Shown one piece after another: positions 46,166 through 56,042 of a stretch of 64,000 bases of DNA. The stretch comes from an uncultured Bacteriovoracaceae bacterium (GTDB lineage Bacteria; Bdellovibrionota; UBA2394): assembly GCA_964626465.1 (NCBI GenBank), contig CAZVFP010000006.1:2227-66226 (forward strand), written 5' to 3'. Each line of letters begins with the position of its first letter. Position 1 is the stretch's first letter. The position numbers and the translations under genes are program-made. Under the pieces are notes generated by a model. It was not told the origin of the DNA, made no database searches, and was given only the letters and a program-made list of their open reading frames with translations.

Positions 46166-47092
46166 ATGAAGAAATCTCTCTGGATCGCTTTGGGTGTGCC
46201 ATTTGCACTAGTTCTGATTGTTGCACGTGAATGGCTCATACATGAAGAAATTAGTTCACTGCAAACTTCGACTCTTGATCAAGTGCGTGAACATATTTCA
46301 AACGCTCAAACAGCGAACCGATTGAGAGAACTGCAGACCTCTGCAACAGTATTCGATCGCTACTTAGAACCCGTGCTTCTTTCTTCTGCTCGACTGCTTT
46401 GGGCTCCAAGCCGAACTGCTCTCATCACCGAATGGCGCAGACAAGTCCACACGCAACTCAGCGAAAAAATCACAGCTCGAACATTGGAACTAGAAACACA
46501 ATTGAAAACTTCTCTGAGTGAAGTTCGCTCGAGCTCAACGCCCAGTCTTAAACGTCTCTTCGACATTATTAAAGAATCAGAAAGTCACGATGAGAATATG
46601 AGTTGCTCTCAAACCGTCAAAGAAGAAATCGATGCCATTCAATTGGCATCCTCAGAAAAGGATCAGGAAGCTCTGAAGGCCCTTCGGACTGAAGGCGCTT
46701 CAAAGCTAGCCGAGCTAAAGAAAAACCTTCGATCGAAGGGAGCTCCGCAAATTGCGCAATATCTCACATCAGGCCGTTACTATAATGAAATTGAGAAACC
46801 AGTGCTCAATCTTGTGCTCCAAATCAAACAAGAGGATTTGCGAAAAAATGCATGGGCTGAATTCAGAAGAAAAATCGACGAGACTCTTTCACAGAAAAAA
46901 ATGAGTGTCGCTAGATCACGTGACACAGCACCTCAGGTTGCAGCAAAATCGATCGAAAAAATATCGGATCCACTGACGCAAGCACTGCGTCTCGATCAAT
47001 ATCTGGATAATGAGCAGCTGGAAGCTCCAAGTGACAGCGGCTCGATTACAGATGAAGATCCGAGCAGCCCTTCGGATTCCCAGCTGCCGTAA
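46166..47092 (+). CDS. hypothetical membrane-anchored coiled-coil protein
   Basis: 308 aa. AGGAG just upstream of the ATG. N-terminal TM helix, then long charged helical sequence and an acidic tail. Confidence 0.5.
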   Translation: MKKSLWIALGVPFALVLIVAREWLIHEEISSLQTSTLDQVREHISNAQTANRLRELQTSATVFDRYLEPVLLSSARLLWAPSRTALITEWRRQVHTQLSEKITARTLELETQLKTSLSEVRSSSTPSLKRLFDIIKESESHDENMSCSQTVKEEIDAIQLASSEKDQEALKALRTEGASKLAELKKNLRSKGAPQIAQYLTSGRYYNEIEKPVLNLVLQIKQEDLRKNAWAEFRRKIDETLSQKKMSVARSRDTAPQVAAKSIEKISDPLTQALRLDQYLDNEQLEAPSDSGSITDEDPSSPSDSQLP

Positions 47093-47118
47093 CTCTGGTT
47101 TTATTTAAATAATTTTTT

Positions 47119-48087
47119 TTAAATTTTTAAGCTCGCAGCTTTCTCAATGCGATTCCAAATCGACAGCCACAATTCGCTTTGCGGGGTCGGTTCGCGAAAT
47201 ACAATCATGCAATCAATATCTAACTTCGCCAAAGAACGCATATCAGAATACAAAGTCCGCGCACACAAGACAGGATCCACATTCAAACGCAAATACTCAA
47301 TTCTACCGCGAAAGTTTGGAATAAATTCTGCAATTTTATTTTTCTCAATGTCGGAAAATACATTTTCAGACCTCTCAATCAAAATTAGGGGTCGCTCAGG
47401 CTGGTAATGAAACTCGGTATGTCCTGGAGATACCGAACTATTCGAGAAGCTCACATCGACCTGAGATTTCCAACGCCGCAACGAATCAGAAAGCTCGGAT
47501 TGAGTGATGATTCCTGGTCTCAAGATATTCAAACGCTCATTCCCTGCATCCCATTCGACAACCGTCGACTCAATACCTACCGAGCAAGGGTCCCCCTCCA
47601 AAATAAAAAACTGGCCGTCAGGAAATTCTTCACGCACATGTTGTGCAGAGGTGGGGCTTGTTCTTCCGAATCGATTTGCGCTCGGCGCCGCAATCGGAAT
47701 ATTCACGTCGACCAATAGCTCTCGCGCAGTAGGATGATTCGGCATACGCACGCCAACCGAATCTAGGCCTGAAGTGATGAGAGGGTTGAGACTCACCTGC
47801 TTCGGCAAAATTAATGTCAATGGCCCTGGCCAGAAATCGCTCGCTAAGATATCAGCCCACTCGGGCCAGCCGGCAGACAGTTCAGACACCTGTTGAACTG
47901 AGTGAATATGGCAGATGAGCGGATCAAAAAATGGCCGCTGTTTAACCTGAAAGACACAACGCAGCGCTCGCTCATCCCGCACGCTCGCACCCAGACCAAA
48001 AACCGTCTCCGTTGGAAATGCGACGATCTCTCCATTCCTTAATCGACGAGACGCCTCAGCCACTGCCTTCTGCATGCGCAGGACCAT
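47119..48087 (-). CDS. tsaC: L-threonylcarbamoyladenylate synthase (Sua5/YwlC type, TsaC domain + Sua5 domain)
   Basis: 322 aa. Motifs GEIVAFPTETVFGLGA and SAPSANRFGRTSPT. Confidence 0.85.
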   Translation of the reverse strand: MVLRMQKAVAEASRRLRNGEIVAFPTETVFGLGASVRDERALRCVFQVKQRPFFDPLICHIHSVQQVSELSAGWPEWADILASDFWPGPLTLILPKQVSLNPLITSGLDSVGVRMPNHPTARELLVDVNIPIAAPSANRFGRTSPTSAQHVREEFPDGQFFILEGDPCSVGIESTVVEWDAGNERLNILRPGIITQSELSDSLRRWKSQVDVSFSNSSVSPGHTEFHYQPERPLILIERSENVFSDIEKNKIAEFIPNFRGRIEYLRLNVDPVLCARTLYSDMRSLAKLDIDCMIVFREPTPQSELWLSIWNRIEKAASLKI

Positions 48088-48156
48088 AATTCAAGAACCT
48101 GATTGTGTAAACGAGACAGGTAGAGGTTTGAGAAAGTTCGCTAGACTGACCGAATA

Positions 48157-49221
48157 TTGAAGACTACGGTCCTGCTCATGAACACCATGAACTTGAAATA
48201 TTTCTCACGCTTACTGAGCAGCAACCCCTTCAACAGACGATCATTTGGCGGACTTCTCCGCTACGCCGTTGTGCTGAATATCTATTCGTATTCATCGTTT
48301 ATGTCTCATGATGGCATTGGAAATCAGGTCATTGAACAATTTGAATCGACCGCAAAAATTAAAACCAAAGTCACGACATTTCCCGACAGCTTCCGAATGG
48401 TGAATCAAGTCGAGCTCGATGCACAGCTAAAGCGCCCTCTTCCTGATCTCATCATTGGATTTGACCAAAACACTTGGCCAAGAGTCCAACCATTTGCTGA
48501 TAAATGGGAAAAATGGACGCCCAAAGATTGGGAGAAAATTCCATCGTTTTTAAAAGTCGATTCAGGATTTTTGCCATTCGACTATGGAGAACTAGGCTTC
48601 ATTGCGAGTCGTGAAGGCCTCAAGAAAGCAGGAATCGAAGAACCCCTCAGTTTAAAGGATCTTCTGACTGATCGCTTTAAAAAGAACTTCATCATTGAAG
48701 ATCCTCGCACATCGACGCCAGGACTCTTTTTTCTTACCTGGTCGCATGAAAAATCCCATCCAGATACGAAATCATTCTGGGCAAAGTTAAGCCGGCAATG
48801 GCTCACTCTCACTCCTGGATGGAGCGAGGCCTATTCTTTGTTTCTCGACAAAAAAGCCCCGCTGGTTTGGAGCTACCGAACCAGTCTGGCTTATCATCGA
48901 CATGAAAATCAGGGACACCTTTATAAATTTATTGAACTCAAGGAAGGCGCCCCTATTCAAATCGAAGGTGCAGCAATCACTATCACGTCAGATCAAAAAC
49001 AAAAGCTCGAGGCAGCGCGCCTATTTTTGGAAACTCTCATTTCAGAGAAAATTCAAGAGGCCCTGCCTAAGCGCCAGTGGATGATGCCCGTGAGACAGAA
49101 TATAAAACTTTCGAAGGAATTTGACGGGCTTTCTCCCAAGAATGAGATTATTTCTATCCGACCAACTGCAGCTGCGTTGCAAGAATCTTTGGCCTCGTGG
49201 AAACAAGCAATTCGTCAGTAA
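48157..49221 (+). CDS. ABC transporter periplasmic substrate-binding protein (thiamine/iron(III) ThiB-like family)
   Basis: 354 aa. Family assignment is by overall pattern (DLIIGFD, DYGELGFI, DPRTSTPGLFFL) and the downstream two-domain permease. Start uncertain; substrate not determinable. Confidence 0.55.
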   Translation: MKTTVLLMNTMNLKYFSRLLSSNPFNRRSFGGLLRYAVVLNIYSYSSFMSHDGIGNQVIEQFESTAKIKTKVTTFPDSFRMVNQVELDAQLKRPLPDLIIGFDQNTWPRVQPFADKWEKWTPKDWEKIPSFLKVDSGFLPFDYGELGFIASREGLKKAGIEEPLSLKDLLTDRFKKNFIIEDPRTSTPGLFFLTWSHEKSHPDTKSFWAKLSRQWLTLTPGWSEAYSLFLDKKAPLVWSYRTSLAYHRHENQGHLYKFIELKEGAPIQIEGAAITITSDQKQKLEAARLFLETLISEKIQEALPKRQWMMPVRQNIKLSKEFDGLSPKNEIISIRPTAAALQESLASWKQAIRQ

Positions 49222-50675
49222 AAGTTGTAGAGCGCTGGTTCCAGCAAATCGCCAGATTCATTTTCGTCTGTCTAATTCTGGTGCCGGCGATACAATTTTT
49301 TCTGAAATGGCCTCCTTCTTTTGCGACAATTTTTTCCGAAGAAATCGTCTTAGCTCTTAATTCCACTCTAAAACAAGCCTCGATCAGCGCTCTGCTTTCT
49401 GTATTACTCGGAGCGACTCTAGGAATTCTGTGCGTTCGGTCATGCCGAGTTTCCGTCATCATGAAATCAATTTTAAAGGTATCATTTTGCCTTCCCGGAT
49501 CTCTCGCGGCTCTTACATGGCTCAGTATTCTGCCTGCAAAAGTAGCTTTTTCGTATTTTGGAATCGTACTCGTTCACGTCTGGCTCAACGCTCCTTGGAT
49601 AGCGCTTCGTTGCATCGAAACTTTAGAATGGACGAATCGCTCCACTCAAGACGCCGCAAATGCTTTGGGTGGTCGATTTCTGCGAATTTTTTTTCTGCTC
49701 GATTTTCCACGACTGAACGAAACCCTCTTCATTCAGTTTTTTCAAACCTTTATTTTTTGCTGTTGCAGTTTTTCAGTGATCATGATTCTCGGGAGCGGAA
49801 GCGGCATCCAATCACTTGAAACTTCGATGTTTGAGTCCCTTCGCTACGGCATTTCTAACTGGAGTGACGTTTCAAATCTCGCCATTCTTCAAGGCCTTAT
49901 TTCTATCACCGTCGGGCTTGTTCTCATTCGACGAATTAAATTGCATCACGAAATTACAGATAGAATTCTCTCAAAACCCTACACTCAATCAACGACCGCC
50001 AAGCTCATTCCTTTGTTTTTAATCGGCGTTCTTGGACTACCCTATTGCATCACCATTCTTAAAGGCGCTGCGCATATCGGAATCGTGATGACCCATTTAG
50101 ATTCTTGCATCCGAAGCCTCGTTCTCGCAATTTCATCAGCCACAGTCGCGATTGCTCTTTCGATCATATTTATTCTAGGGAACAATTATCGATTACCATC
50201 TCTGATCAGCCTCGTTTCTGTTTCATTTCTGTCAATTTCGTGGATCGTTATGCTCTCGAAGTGGCTCGACCCCTTTGCAGATCCCATGCTCCTCATACCT
50301 GTGATCCAAGGGATTATTTTTTTTCCGTTCGCATTTTATATTCTCCGGCCCCTGAAACAATCTTCTCAAGTTCAAAGCCTCCTTGCTGCAAGAGCGCTTG
50401 GTGCAGGACTGGTGAGGTCGTTTTTTTGGATCGAAGGCCGCCGCTGGAAAAATGCGATACTGTCGACGTGGTTGATGATTGCGGGACTATCCTTAGGAGA
50501 AATGACCACCGTTTCATTTTTTTCTTTGCAAGATCCCCTTCCACTCATTCTTCAGATCCGGGATCTGAAAGCACATTATGAATTTGACGCAGCTAACGGT
50601 CTGCTAGCAGCACTACTAGTTCTTTCCCTTCTGTTGCTTCTGATCGGCGAATATCTGATAATCGAAAAGAAATAA
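49197..50675 (+). CDS. ABC transporter permease, duplicated (two-domain) type
   Basis: 492 aa with about 12 TM segments in two halves, as in ThiP/FbpB-type permeases. Overlaps the SBP gene. Confidence 0.6.
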   Translation: METSNSSVKVVERWFQQIARFIFVCLILVPAIQFFLKWPPSFATIFSEEIVLALNSTLKQASISALLSVLLGATLGILCVRSCRVSVIMKSILKVSFCLPGSLAALTWLSILPAKVAFSYFGIVLVHVWLNAPWIALRCIETLEWTNRSTQDAANALGGRFLRIFFLLDFPRLNETLFIQFFQTFIFCCCSFSVIMILGSGSGIQSLETSMFESLRYGISNWSDVSNLAILQGLISITVGLVLIRRIKLHHEITDRILSKPYTQSTTAKLIPLFLIGVLGLPYCITILKGAAHIGIVMTHLDSCIRSLVLAISSATVAIALSIIFILGNNYRLPSLISLVSVSFLSISWIVMLSKWLDPFADPMLLIPVIQGIIFFPFAFYILRPLKQSSQVQSLLAARALGAGLVRSFFWIEGRRWKNAILSTWLMIAGLSLGEMTTVSFFSLQDPLPLILQIRDLKAHYEFDAANGLLAALLVLSLLLLLIGEYLIIEKK

Positions 50676-50758
50676 ATATTGGTCAGACCCCGACCTTCGT
50701 CGATTGACCTCATTTCATTTCAAGAGCAAATTGGTGAATATCATAGTGAGGAGACTTT

Positions 50759-51235
50759 ATGAAAATGGATATCGGAATTTCTGAACGAGACCGACAAACT
50801 GTTGCTGAAGGATTGTCTCGTTTTTTGGCTGACACTTACACGCTATATCTCAAAACCCATAATTTTCATTGGAACGTGACGGGCCCCCAATTTTCAACAC
50901 TCCACAATTTATTTATGACTCAATATACTGAACTCTGGACAGCCGTCGATGAAATTGCCGAACGCATTCGATCGCTTGGCTATCCAGCACCGGGATCGTA
51001 TAAAGAATTCTCTTCTTTAACTTCGATCAAAGAAGCTGAAGGCACACCATCATCGCGGATCATGTTGGAACAACTCGTGTCTGGTCACGAAACGGTCGTC
51101 AGGACTGGGCGATCGCTTTTTCCTTCGGCCGAGAAGGCGGGGGATCAGTCAACACTTGATCTTTTGACACAAAGAATTCGGCTGCATGAAAAAACTGCTT
51201 GGATGCTACGTTCGTTGTTGGAGCGCGACACTTAA
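50759..51235 (+). CDS. dps: Dps family DNA-binding ferritin-like protein
   Basis: 158 aa. GAGGAG RBS. Motif [21 protein letters not shown]...DEIAERIR (ferroxidase residues). Confidence 0.9.
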   Translation: MKMDIGISERDRQTVAEGLSRFLADTYTLYLKTHNFHWNVTGPQFSTLHNLFMTQYTELWTAVDEIAERIRSLGYPAPGSYKEFSSLTSIKEAEGTPSSRIMLEQLVSGHETVVRTGRSLFPSAEKAGDQSTLDLLTQRIRLHEKTAWMLRSLLERDT

Positions 51236-51711
51236 TGAGTATTTATGATTTTGAATTGAAAACGATCGACGGCTCTTTAACAAAGTTATCGACATACTCA
51301 GGAAAAGTTCTTCTGATCGTCAATGTCGCAAGCAAATGTGGCTTCACCAAGCAATATTCAGGCCTTGAATCGCTCTATCAAAAATTCAAAGATCGCGGAT
51401 TCGAAGTCCTTGGATTTCCATGCAACCAATTTGGTTCTCAGGAGCCTGGGGACGAAGCTGAAATAAAGCTGTTCTGCGACCTCCAATATGGCGTCACATT
51501 TCCAATGTTTTCAAAGATTGATGTCAACGGAGAGCAAACTCATCCGCTTTATAAATTTTTGAAGAAAGAGGGAAAAGGAATTCTGGGATCTGAATCTATC
51601 AAATGGAATTTTACCAAATTCTTGGTGGATAAGCATGGCGAGGTGGTTCATCGGTTCGCTCCGACTGCAACTCCCGAGAGCCTTGAAGAGGAAATTGAAA
51701 AATGTCTTTAG
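51235..51711 (+). CDS. gpx: glutathione peroxidase (Cys type)
   Basis: Motifs NVASKCGFT, LGFPCNQFGSQEPG and WNFTKFLV. ATG at 51235 overlaps the dps stop (TAATG). The ORF-track start at 51199 is an upstream extension. Confidence 0.9.
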   Translation: MSIYDFELKTIDGSLTKLSTYSGKVLLIVNVASKCGFTKQYSGLESLYQKFKDRGFEVLGFPCNQFGSQEPGDEAEIKLFCDLQYGVTFPMFSKIDVNGEQTHPLYKFLKKEGKGILGSESIKWNFTKFLVDKHGEVVHRFAPTATPESLEEEIEKCL

Positions 51712-52100
51712 ATCAAGCAACCGAGCAACAAGCCCAGACGCTTTTTCGAGATATATGGAGTCCATATTGTAAAGGCGTCTCTCTTCTTGAATGCCCGAGC
51801 TCACAAGCAGAAAATCTTCGCAGCATTATTCGGCAGAAGCTGCAGGCAGGTGAGAAGCCTGAAACAATCATGGCGACTCTTAAGACGGAGTTTGGAAATA
51901 CACTTCGGATGCAGCCGGCGTTTGAAGGACGAGAGTCGTTAGCGTACACGATCCCTTGGATTACATTTTTTTTGACCGTGATGATATTTCTGGTTGTGAC
52001 CCTTTACCGACGCAAGTCCAAAGCAAAACCGGCGCGAGCCACCACGATCTCTCCAGAACCTGAAATACTGAATAAAATTCTTCGCGACCTAAATAGATAG
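51702..52100 (+). CDS. ccmH: CcmH-like cytochrome c maturation protein (variant redox motif)
   Basis: 132 aa. Aligns by eye to the CcmH pattern (..CxxC..S...A..LR..I...L..G....I.......G......P, then TM, then Arg/Lys). The LRCxxC position reads IWSPYC. Confidence 0.5.
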   Translation: MSLDQATEQQAQTLFRDIWSPYCKGVSLLECPSSQAENLRSIIRQKLQAGEKPETIMATLKTEFGNTLRMQPAFEGRESLAYTIPWITFFLTVMIFLVVTLYRRKSKAKPARATTISPEPEILNKILRDLNR

Positions 52101-52130
52101 AAACTAGATCGATAGATTTGACGAATAGAT

Positions 52131-53219
52131 TTATTGAATCAACGCTGAAAGCTCATCCAATACACGACTCATAACATCAGTTAGCAGCCCCGGCAAAGTG
52201 CAACCAGCTGCACGTACGTGGCCACCACCCTGTGGGTTGAGGTGCCTGGCAAATTCAGCGACATTGATCTTTCCTTTGCTTCGAAATGACACCTTCACAT
52301 CATTTTCTCGTTCAACAAAAAGAACCACCACTTCTGCTGAATCAGTAAAATAGAGCTGATTAATCATGCCCTCTTGGTCGCCATCACGCGATTGAATGGA
52401 TTCAAAGTCAGCCAAGGTCCAATAAGACGAAATGAGTTTCGCATTATTTCGGGCCTCCATATGAGCCATCAAAGCTTTGAGCAACAGCTGCGCCTTCCAA
52501 GTTCGATCAAGAATCGCTCGGTCCGAAATTTTTGAAAAATCAATTCCCGTCTCAATGAGCTTGGCCGCAACTAAGTGTGTGCGCGAAGTCGTGAGAGAGT
52601 GTTTAAAAAACCCGGTGTCAAAAACCATGCCAATATAGAGTGCCTCAGCAACAGCTCGAGAAATCTTGATCCGTGCTAAATCGAAAATATGGTAGACAAG
52701 TTCGCAAGAACTTGACGACGTTAAATCCAAAATTCTGGATGAATATTTCAATTCGCTCCCTAATGCATGATGATCAACAAGAACCTTGTGATCAATCGTT
52801 TCAAAAAGCCCCGCAACAGCGCCCGTTCGCTCAATTCCACCATCGCAAACAATTCCCAAATCAAAGGTGATCTTCTCTGCCTTCTGAGTCCACTGTGCCC
52901 AGGAATAGATTTCTTCATGACCGTGCAAAAATTGATATCGCTCAGGAACTTCACTCTGGTTCACAATTCGAATCGAATATCGAGACCCCTTCTTTACCGC
53001 CCGGATGAGAGCCGCCAACGCCAGCTGAGCACCAATCGAATCTCCGTCCGATGTCAAAGTGCTCGAGATCAAAAATGAACGAGATTTTTTGATCAACCTA
53101 AGAAATTTTTGAGTTTCACTCTTGATACGAGGCGAGAGTGGAAAATTTTTTGAAACAAATTGAGGCTTAAGCTTTAACATCTGTCCACAGTCATGGCATA
53201 CTCGGCACTGATGTCTCAA
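52131..53219 (-). CDS. DHH/DHHA1 phosphoesterase (NrnA-like)
   Basis: 362 aa. Motifs DGDSIGAQLA, VLVDHHA and GGGHVRAAG. Alternative start at 53180. Confidence 0.75.
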   Translation of the reverse strand: MRHQCRVCHDCGQMLKLKPQFVSKNFPLSPRIKSETQKFLRLIKKSRSFLISSTLTSDGDSIGAQLALAALIRAVKKGSRYSIRIVNQSEVPERYQFLHGHEEIYSWAQWTQKAEKITFDLGIVCDGGIERTGAVAGLFETIDHKVLVDHHALGSELKYSSRILDLTSSSSCELVYHIFDLARIKISRAVAEALYIGMVFDTGFFKHSLTTSRTHLVAAKLIETGIDFSKISDRAILDRTWKAQLLLKALMAHMEARNNAKLISSYWTLADFESIQSRDGDQEGMINQLYFTDSAEVVVLFVERENDVKVSFRSKGKINVAEFARHLNPQGGGHVRAAGCTLPGLLTDVMSRVLDELSALIQ

Positions 53220-53672
53220 GAAAACTCTTTAGGGGAAACAGGCAAAAATCAGGGAATTCGATGGGGCTGGATTATTTTCGGCCTCATAGCTGTCGCGTTG
53301 GCGGCCACTCTGGTTCTCATGCAGCGAGAAGGTACTTTTCAATACTATATGACTGTTTCAGAGTATCTCGAACAGCAGTCGAAGTACGAGGGATCCAAGA
53401 TCAAATTAGCGGGCAAAGTCAAAGCCGGAAGCATAACGCAGACTGGGTCGCACTACCAATTCACCGTCGAAGATCGTGCCAAAGAGATCTCTGTCTCCTT
53501 TAATGGAATTGTTCCTGACACGTTCAAAGAAGGCGTAGACGTTGTGGTTGAAGGTCGTGGCCAAAGTGGGAATGAGTTTGAAGCTGTTTCGCTGCTTGCC
53601 AAATGTGCTTCAAAATACCAGACCGATGGACTTCCTCCTCTTGAACAAATGCGTTCAAAATCAAGGAATTAA
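53193..53672 (+). CDS. ccmE: cytochrome c maturation haem chaperone CcmE (Cys variant)
   Basis: 159 aa. N-terminal TM anchor, OB-fold pattern (KLAGKV...GIVPDTFKEGVDVVVEG), C-terminal LLAKCASKY where the canonical protein has LAKHDENY. Alternative start at 53211. Confidence 0.8.
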   Translation: MAYSALMSQENSLGETGKNQGIRWGWIIFGLIAVALAATLVLMQREGTFQYYMTVSEYLEQQSKYEGSKIKLAGKVKAGSITQTGSHYQFTVEDRAKEISVSFNGIVPDTFKEGVDVVVEGRGQSGNEFEAVSLLAKCASKYQTDGLPPLEQMRSKSRN

Positions 53673-53712
53673 GGACTTTCTTTAAAATATTTCGGCCGGT
53701 ACCTTTGTACCC

Positions 53713-55692
53713 ATGGGCTGGGCACGCTTTTGGCCATCAACAGGAGAAACTCTGCTTGCATTTGCATTGGGCTTTGCCTGTTTTTCGATTCTCGCAGTCA
53801 TTCTCTCACGAAAAAAGAAATCTGAGATCTGGGTTGAATATGCAGAGAGATCTCTCTACGCGACGACATTCTTGATTACATGTGCGGTTCTCATCCTCTG
53901 GGGTAATTTGATCGTTGGAAATTTTCTCATTCGATACGTTTATGGCTATTCAAATTCATCGATGCCCCTTCTCTATAAATTAACTGCACTTTGGGGCGGG
54001 CAAGAAGGGAGTCTTCTATTCTGGGTCTGGCTGAATTCGATTTTCGCGAGCGTTGCGGTTTTTATTCATCGACGCCAAGATAAAATTCTTATCCCTTATG
54101 TGATCGGCGTATTCGGTGCCATTCTTGCTTTTTTTTCGGCTCTCATCGTCTTTCATGAAAATCCCTTTAGCCTGTTTCCGTCAGCCCCGATGGATGGACG
54201 CGGGCTCAATCCACTCCTTCAAAATCCAAGCATGGCGATTCATCCTCCCAGTCTTTATCTCGGATATGTCGGAATGTCCGTACCATTCGCATTCGGAATC
54301 GCCGCGCTTATCACCGACAACCTTGATTCTCGATGGATACTTGCCACTCGTCGTTGGCTTCTTCTGTCTTGGTTTTTTCTATCGATTGGAAATTTGCTTG
54401 GAGCACAATGGGCCTATGTTGAGCTAGGTTGGGGTGGATTTTGGGCTTGGGATCCTGTTGAGAATGCTGCGATCATGCCCTGGTTTACGGCTTCAGCTTT
54501 TATTCATTCTGTGATGATCCAAGAACGCCGCGGAATGCTCAAATTTTGGAATATCAATCTCATTGTCATTTCATTTTGCTTAACCATACTTGGAACCTAT
54601 CTCACACGGTCCGGAGTTGTTCAGAGCGTACATAGCTTTGCACGATCTGAAATTGGATATTATTTCTTAGGCTTCCTGGTATTGGTTATCATTTTCTCAG
54701 CAACACTGATTTATTTAAGAAGAAAGAGCCTAGAAAGCTCTACGATCTTTGAATCGTTTCTCTCGAAAGAAAGCGCTTTCGTTGTTAACAATATGGTGCT
54801 TGTCGGAGCGGCTTTCATTATTCTTTTCTGCACCTTATTTCCAACGGCAAGTGAATTTCTTACAGGCAGTCGCATTGTCGTCGGCCCTCCATTCTTTAAT
54901 ACAATGCTCGCGCCCATCGCCATTGTTCTGTTGATTCTTACAGGAATCGGACCGTTGATTGGTTGGCGAAAGGCATCGCCTCAAAACATTCATTTCCATT
55001 TCTTGTGGCCGGCTGTTTGTGGACTTGTCGCTACAGGAGGAGCTGCGCTTCTGCGAATCCATGATTGGTACGTTCTTGCCACAGTCTTTGGCACTACATT
55101 CGTGACCATCACCATTATCACAGAATTTACTCGCGGAACTCTGGCTCGAATTCAGCATCATGGCGAAACTTGGGCTGTGGCTCTATTAAGAACGATCGGC
55201 CTAAACAATCGCCGTTACGGTGGATACATTGTTCATCTTGGAATTGTATTCATTTTTCTCGGCATAGCTGGATCGGCCTACAAGGAAGTTCTCGAATTCA
55301 GCATGAAAGCGGGCGAATGGAAATCGCATGGCGAATACTCGATTCAACTGAAGGGATTTAATGAACGAAAAACTGAGAATCAGGAAGAAACATATGCCAT
55401 CGTCGATCTGTATATAGGAGCACAGAAGGTTGCCACCTTGAAACCAGCGCGCTTTTTCTATCTTCAACAACAGCAACCTTCAACTGAGGTCGATATTTAT
55501 TCGCGCTGGCGAGAAGATATCTATCTAACACTCGGGCAAATGAACCCAAAGACAGAAGAAGTCGTGATCCACATGACGCTCAATCCTCTCGTTTCATTCC
55601 TTTGGTTTGGGGGCCTGATTTTAATTATTGGCGCACTGATTTCAATGTTCCCACCTCTCAGCAGATCAAACAGAGGGTCATTAAACACATGA
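53713..55692 (+). CDS. ccmF: cytochrome c haem lyase subunit CcmF
   Basis: 659 aa, multi-pass. WWD motif WGGFWAWDPVEN. Confidence 0.9.
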   Translation: MGWARFWPSTGETLLAFALGFACFSILAVILSRKKKSEIWVEYAERSLYATTFLITCAVLILWGNLIVGNFLIRYVYGYSNSSMPLLYKLTALWGGQEGSLLFWVWLNSIFASVAVFIHRRQDKILIPYVIGVFGAILAFFSALIVFHENPFSLFPSAPMDGRGLNPLLQNPSMAIHPPSLYLGYVGMSVPFAFGIAALITDNLDSRWILATRRWLLLSWFFLSIGNLLGAQWAYVELGWGGFWAWDPVENAAIMPWFTASAFIHSVMIQERRGMLKFWNINLIVISFCLTILGTYLTRSGVVQSVHSFARSEIGYYFLGFLVLVIIFSATLIYLRRKSLESSTIFESFLSKESAFVVNNMVLVGAAFIILFCTLFPTASEFLTGSRIVVGPPFFNTMLAPIAIVLLILTGIGPLIGWRKASPQNIHFHFLWPAVCGLVATGGAALLRIHDWYVLATVFGTTFVTITIITEFTRGTLARIQHHGETWAVALLRTIGLNNRRYGGYIVHLGIVFIFLGIAGSAYKEVLEFSMKAGEWKSHGEYSIQLKGFNERKTENQEETYAIVDLYIGAQKVATLKPARFFYLQQQQPSTEVDIYSRWREDIYLTLGQMNPKTEEVVIHMTLNPLVSFLWFGGLILIIGALISMFPPLSRSNRGSLNT

Positions 55693-56042
55693 GCGTTGCA
55701 GTGGTAGCATGCTCTCTCTTTGTTTTTCTCTCGATGCTTGCCTTTGTTTTTTGGAATCGCCTGGAGCTAACCAACGGATTGTCAACCCATCCGACTCTAG
55801 CGGCGTTAGAGAAATTGATTCAACGCCGAGAAGAGCTTCTGATGAACTTAAGAGATCTTGAAAATGATTTTTTGCTGAAAAAGATCGAAGAAACCGATTA
55901 TCAAGAATTAAGAAATCAATTTTTGCATTCTGCGGGTTCTATATACAAACAGATCGAAGATATTGAAATGAACGATCCAGTTTTGCGCGCTATGAATAGC
56001 GATATTTCAAAGGCGCTAAAGGATTTAAAAAATGTTCATTGA
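55689..56042 (+). CDS. hypothetical membrane-anchored coiled-coil protein within the ccm cluster
   Basis: ATGA overlap with the ccmF stop. 117 aa, one TM helix then charged helices. The ORF-track start at 55602 lies inside ccmF. Confidence 0.45.
   Translation: MSVAVVACSLFVFLSMLAFVFWNRLELTNGLSTHPTLAALEKLIQRREELLMNLRDLENDFLLKKIEETDYQELRNQFLHSAGSIYKQIEDIEMNDPVLRAMNSDISKALKDLKNVH

Noticed and set aside
48095-48130. GAACCTGATTGTGTAAACGAGACAGGTAGAGG upstream of the ThiB-like binding protein resembles the 3' half of a TPP riboswitch (GAACCUGAUCUGGAUAAUGCCAGCGUAGGGA).
   Set aside because: There is no CUGAGA/GGGG...ACCC 5' half. The intergenic region is only ~70 nt, so the rest of an aptamer would have to lie inside the divergent tsaC coding sequence.
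53194-53209. TGGCAT-ACTCG-GCACT near the ccmE start looked like a sigma-54 promoter.
   Set aside because: The spacing between the GG and GC dinucleotides is wrong (9 instead of 11) and there is no TTGC element.
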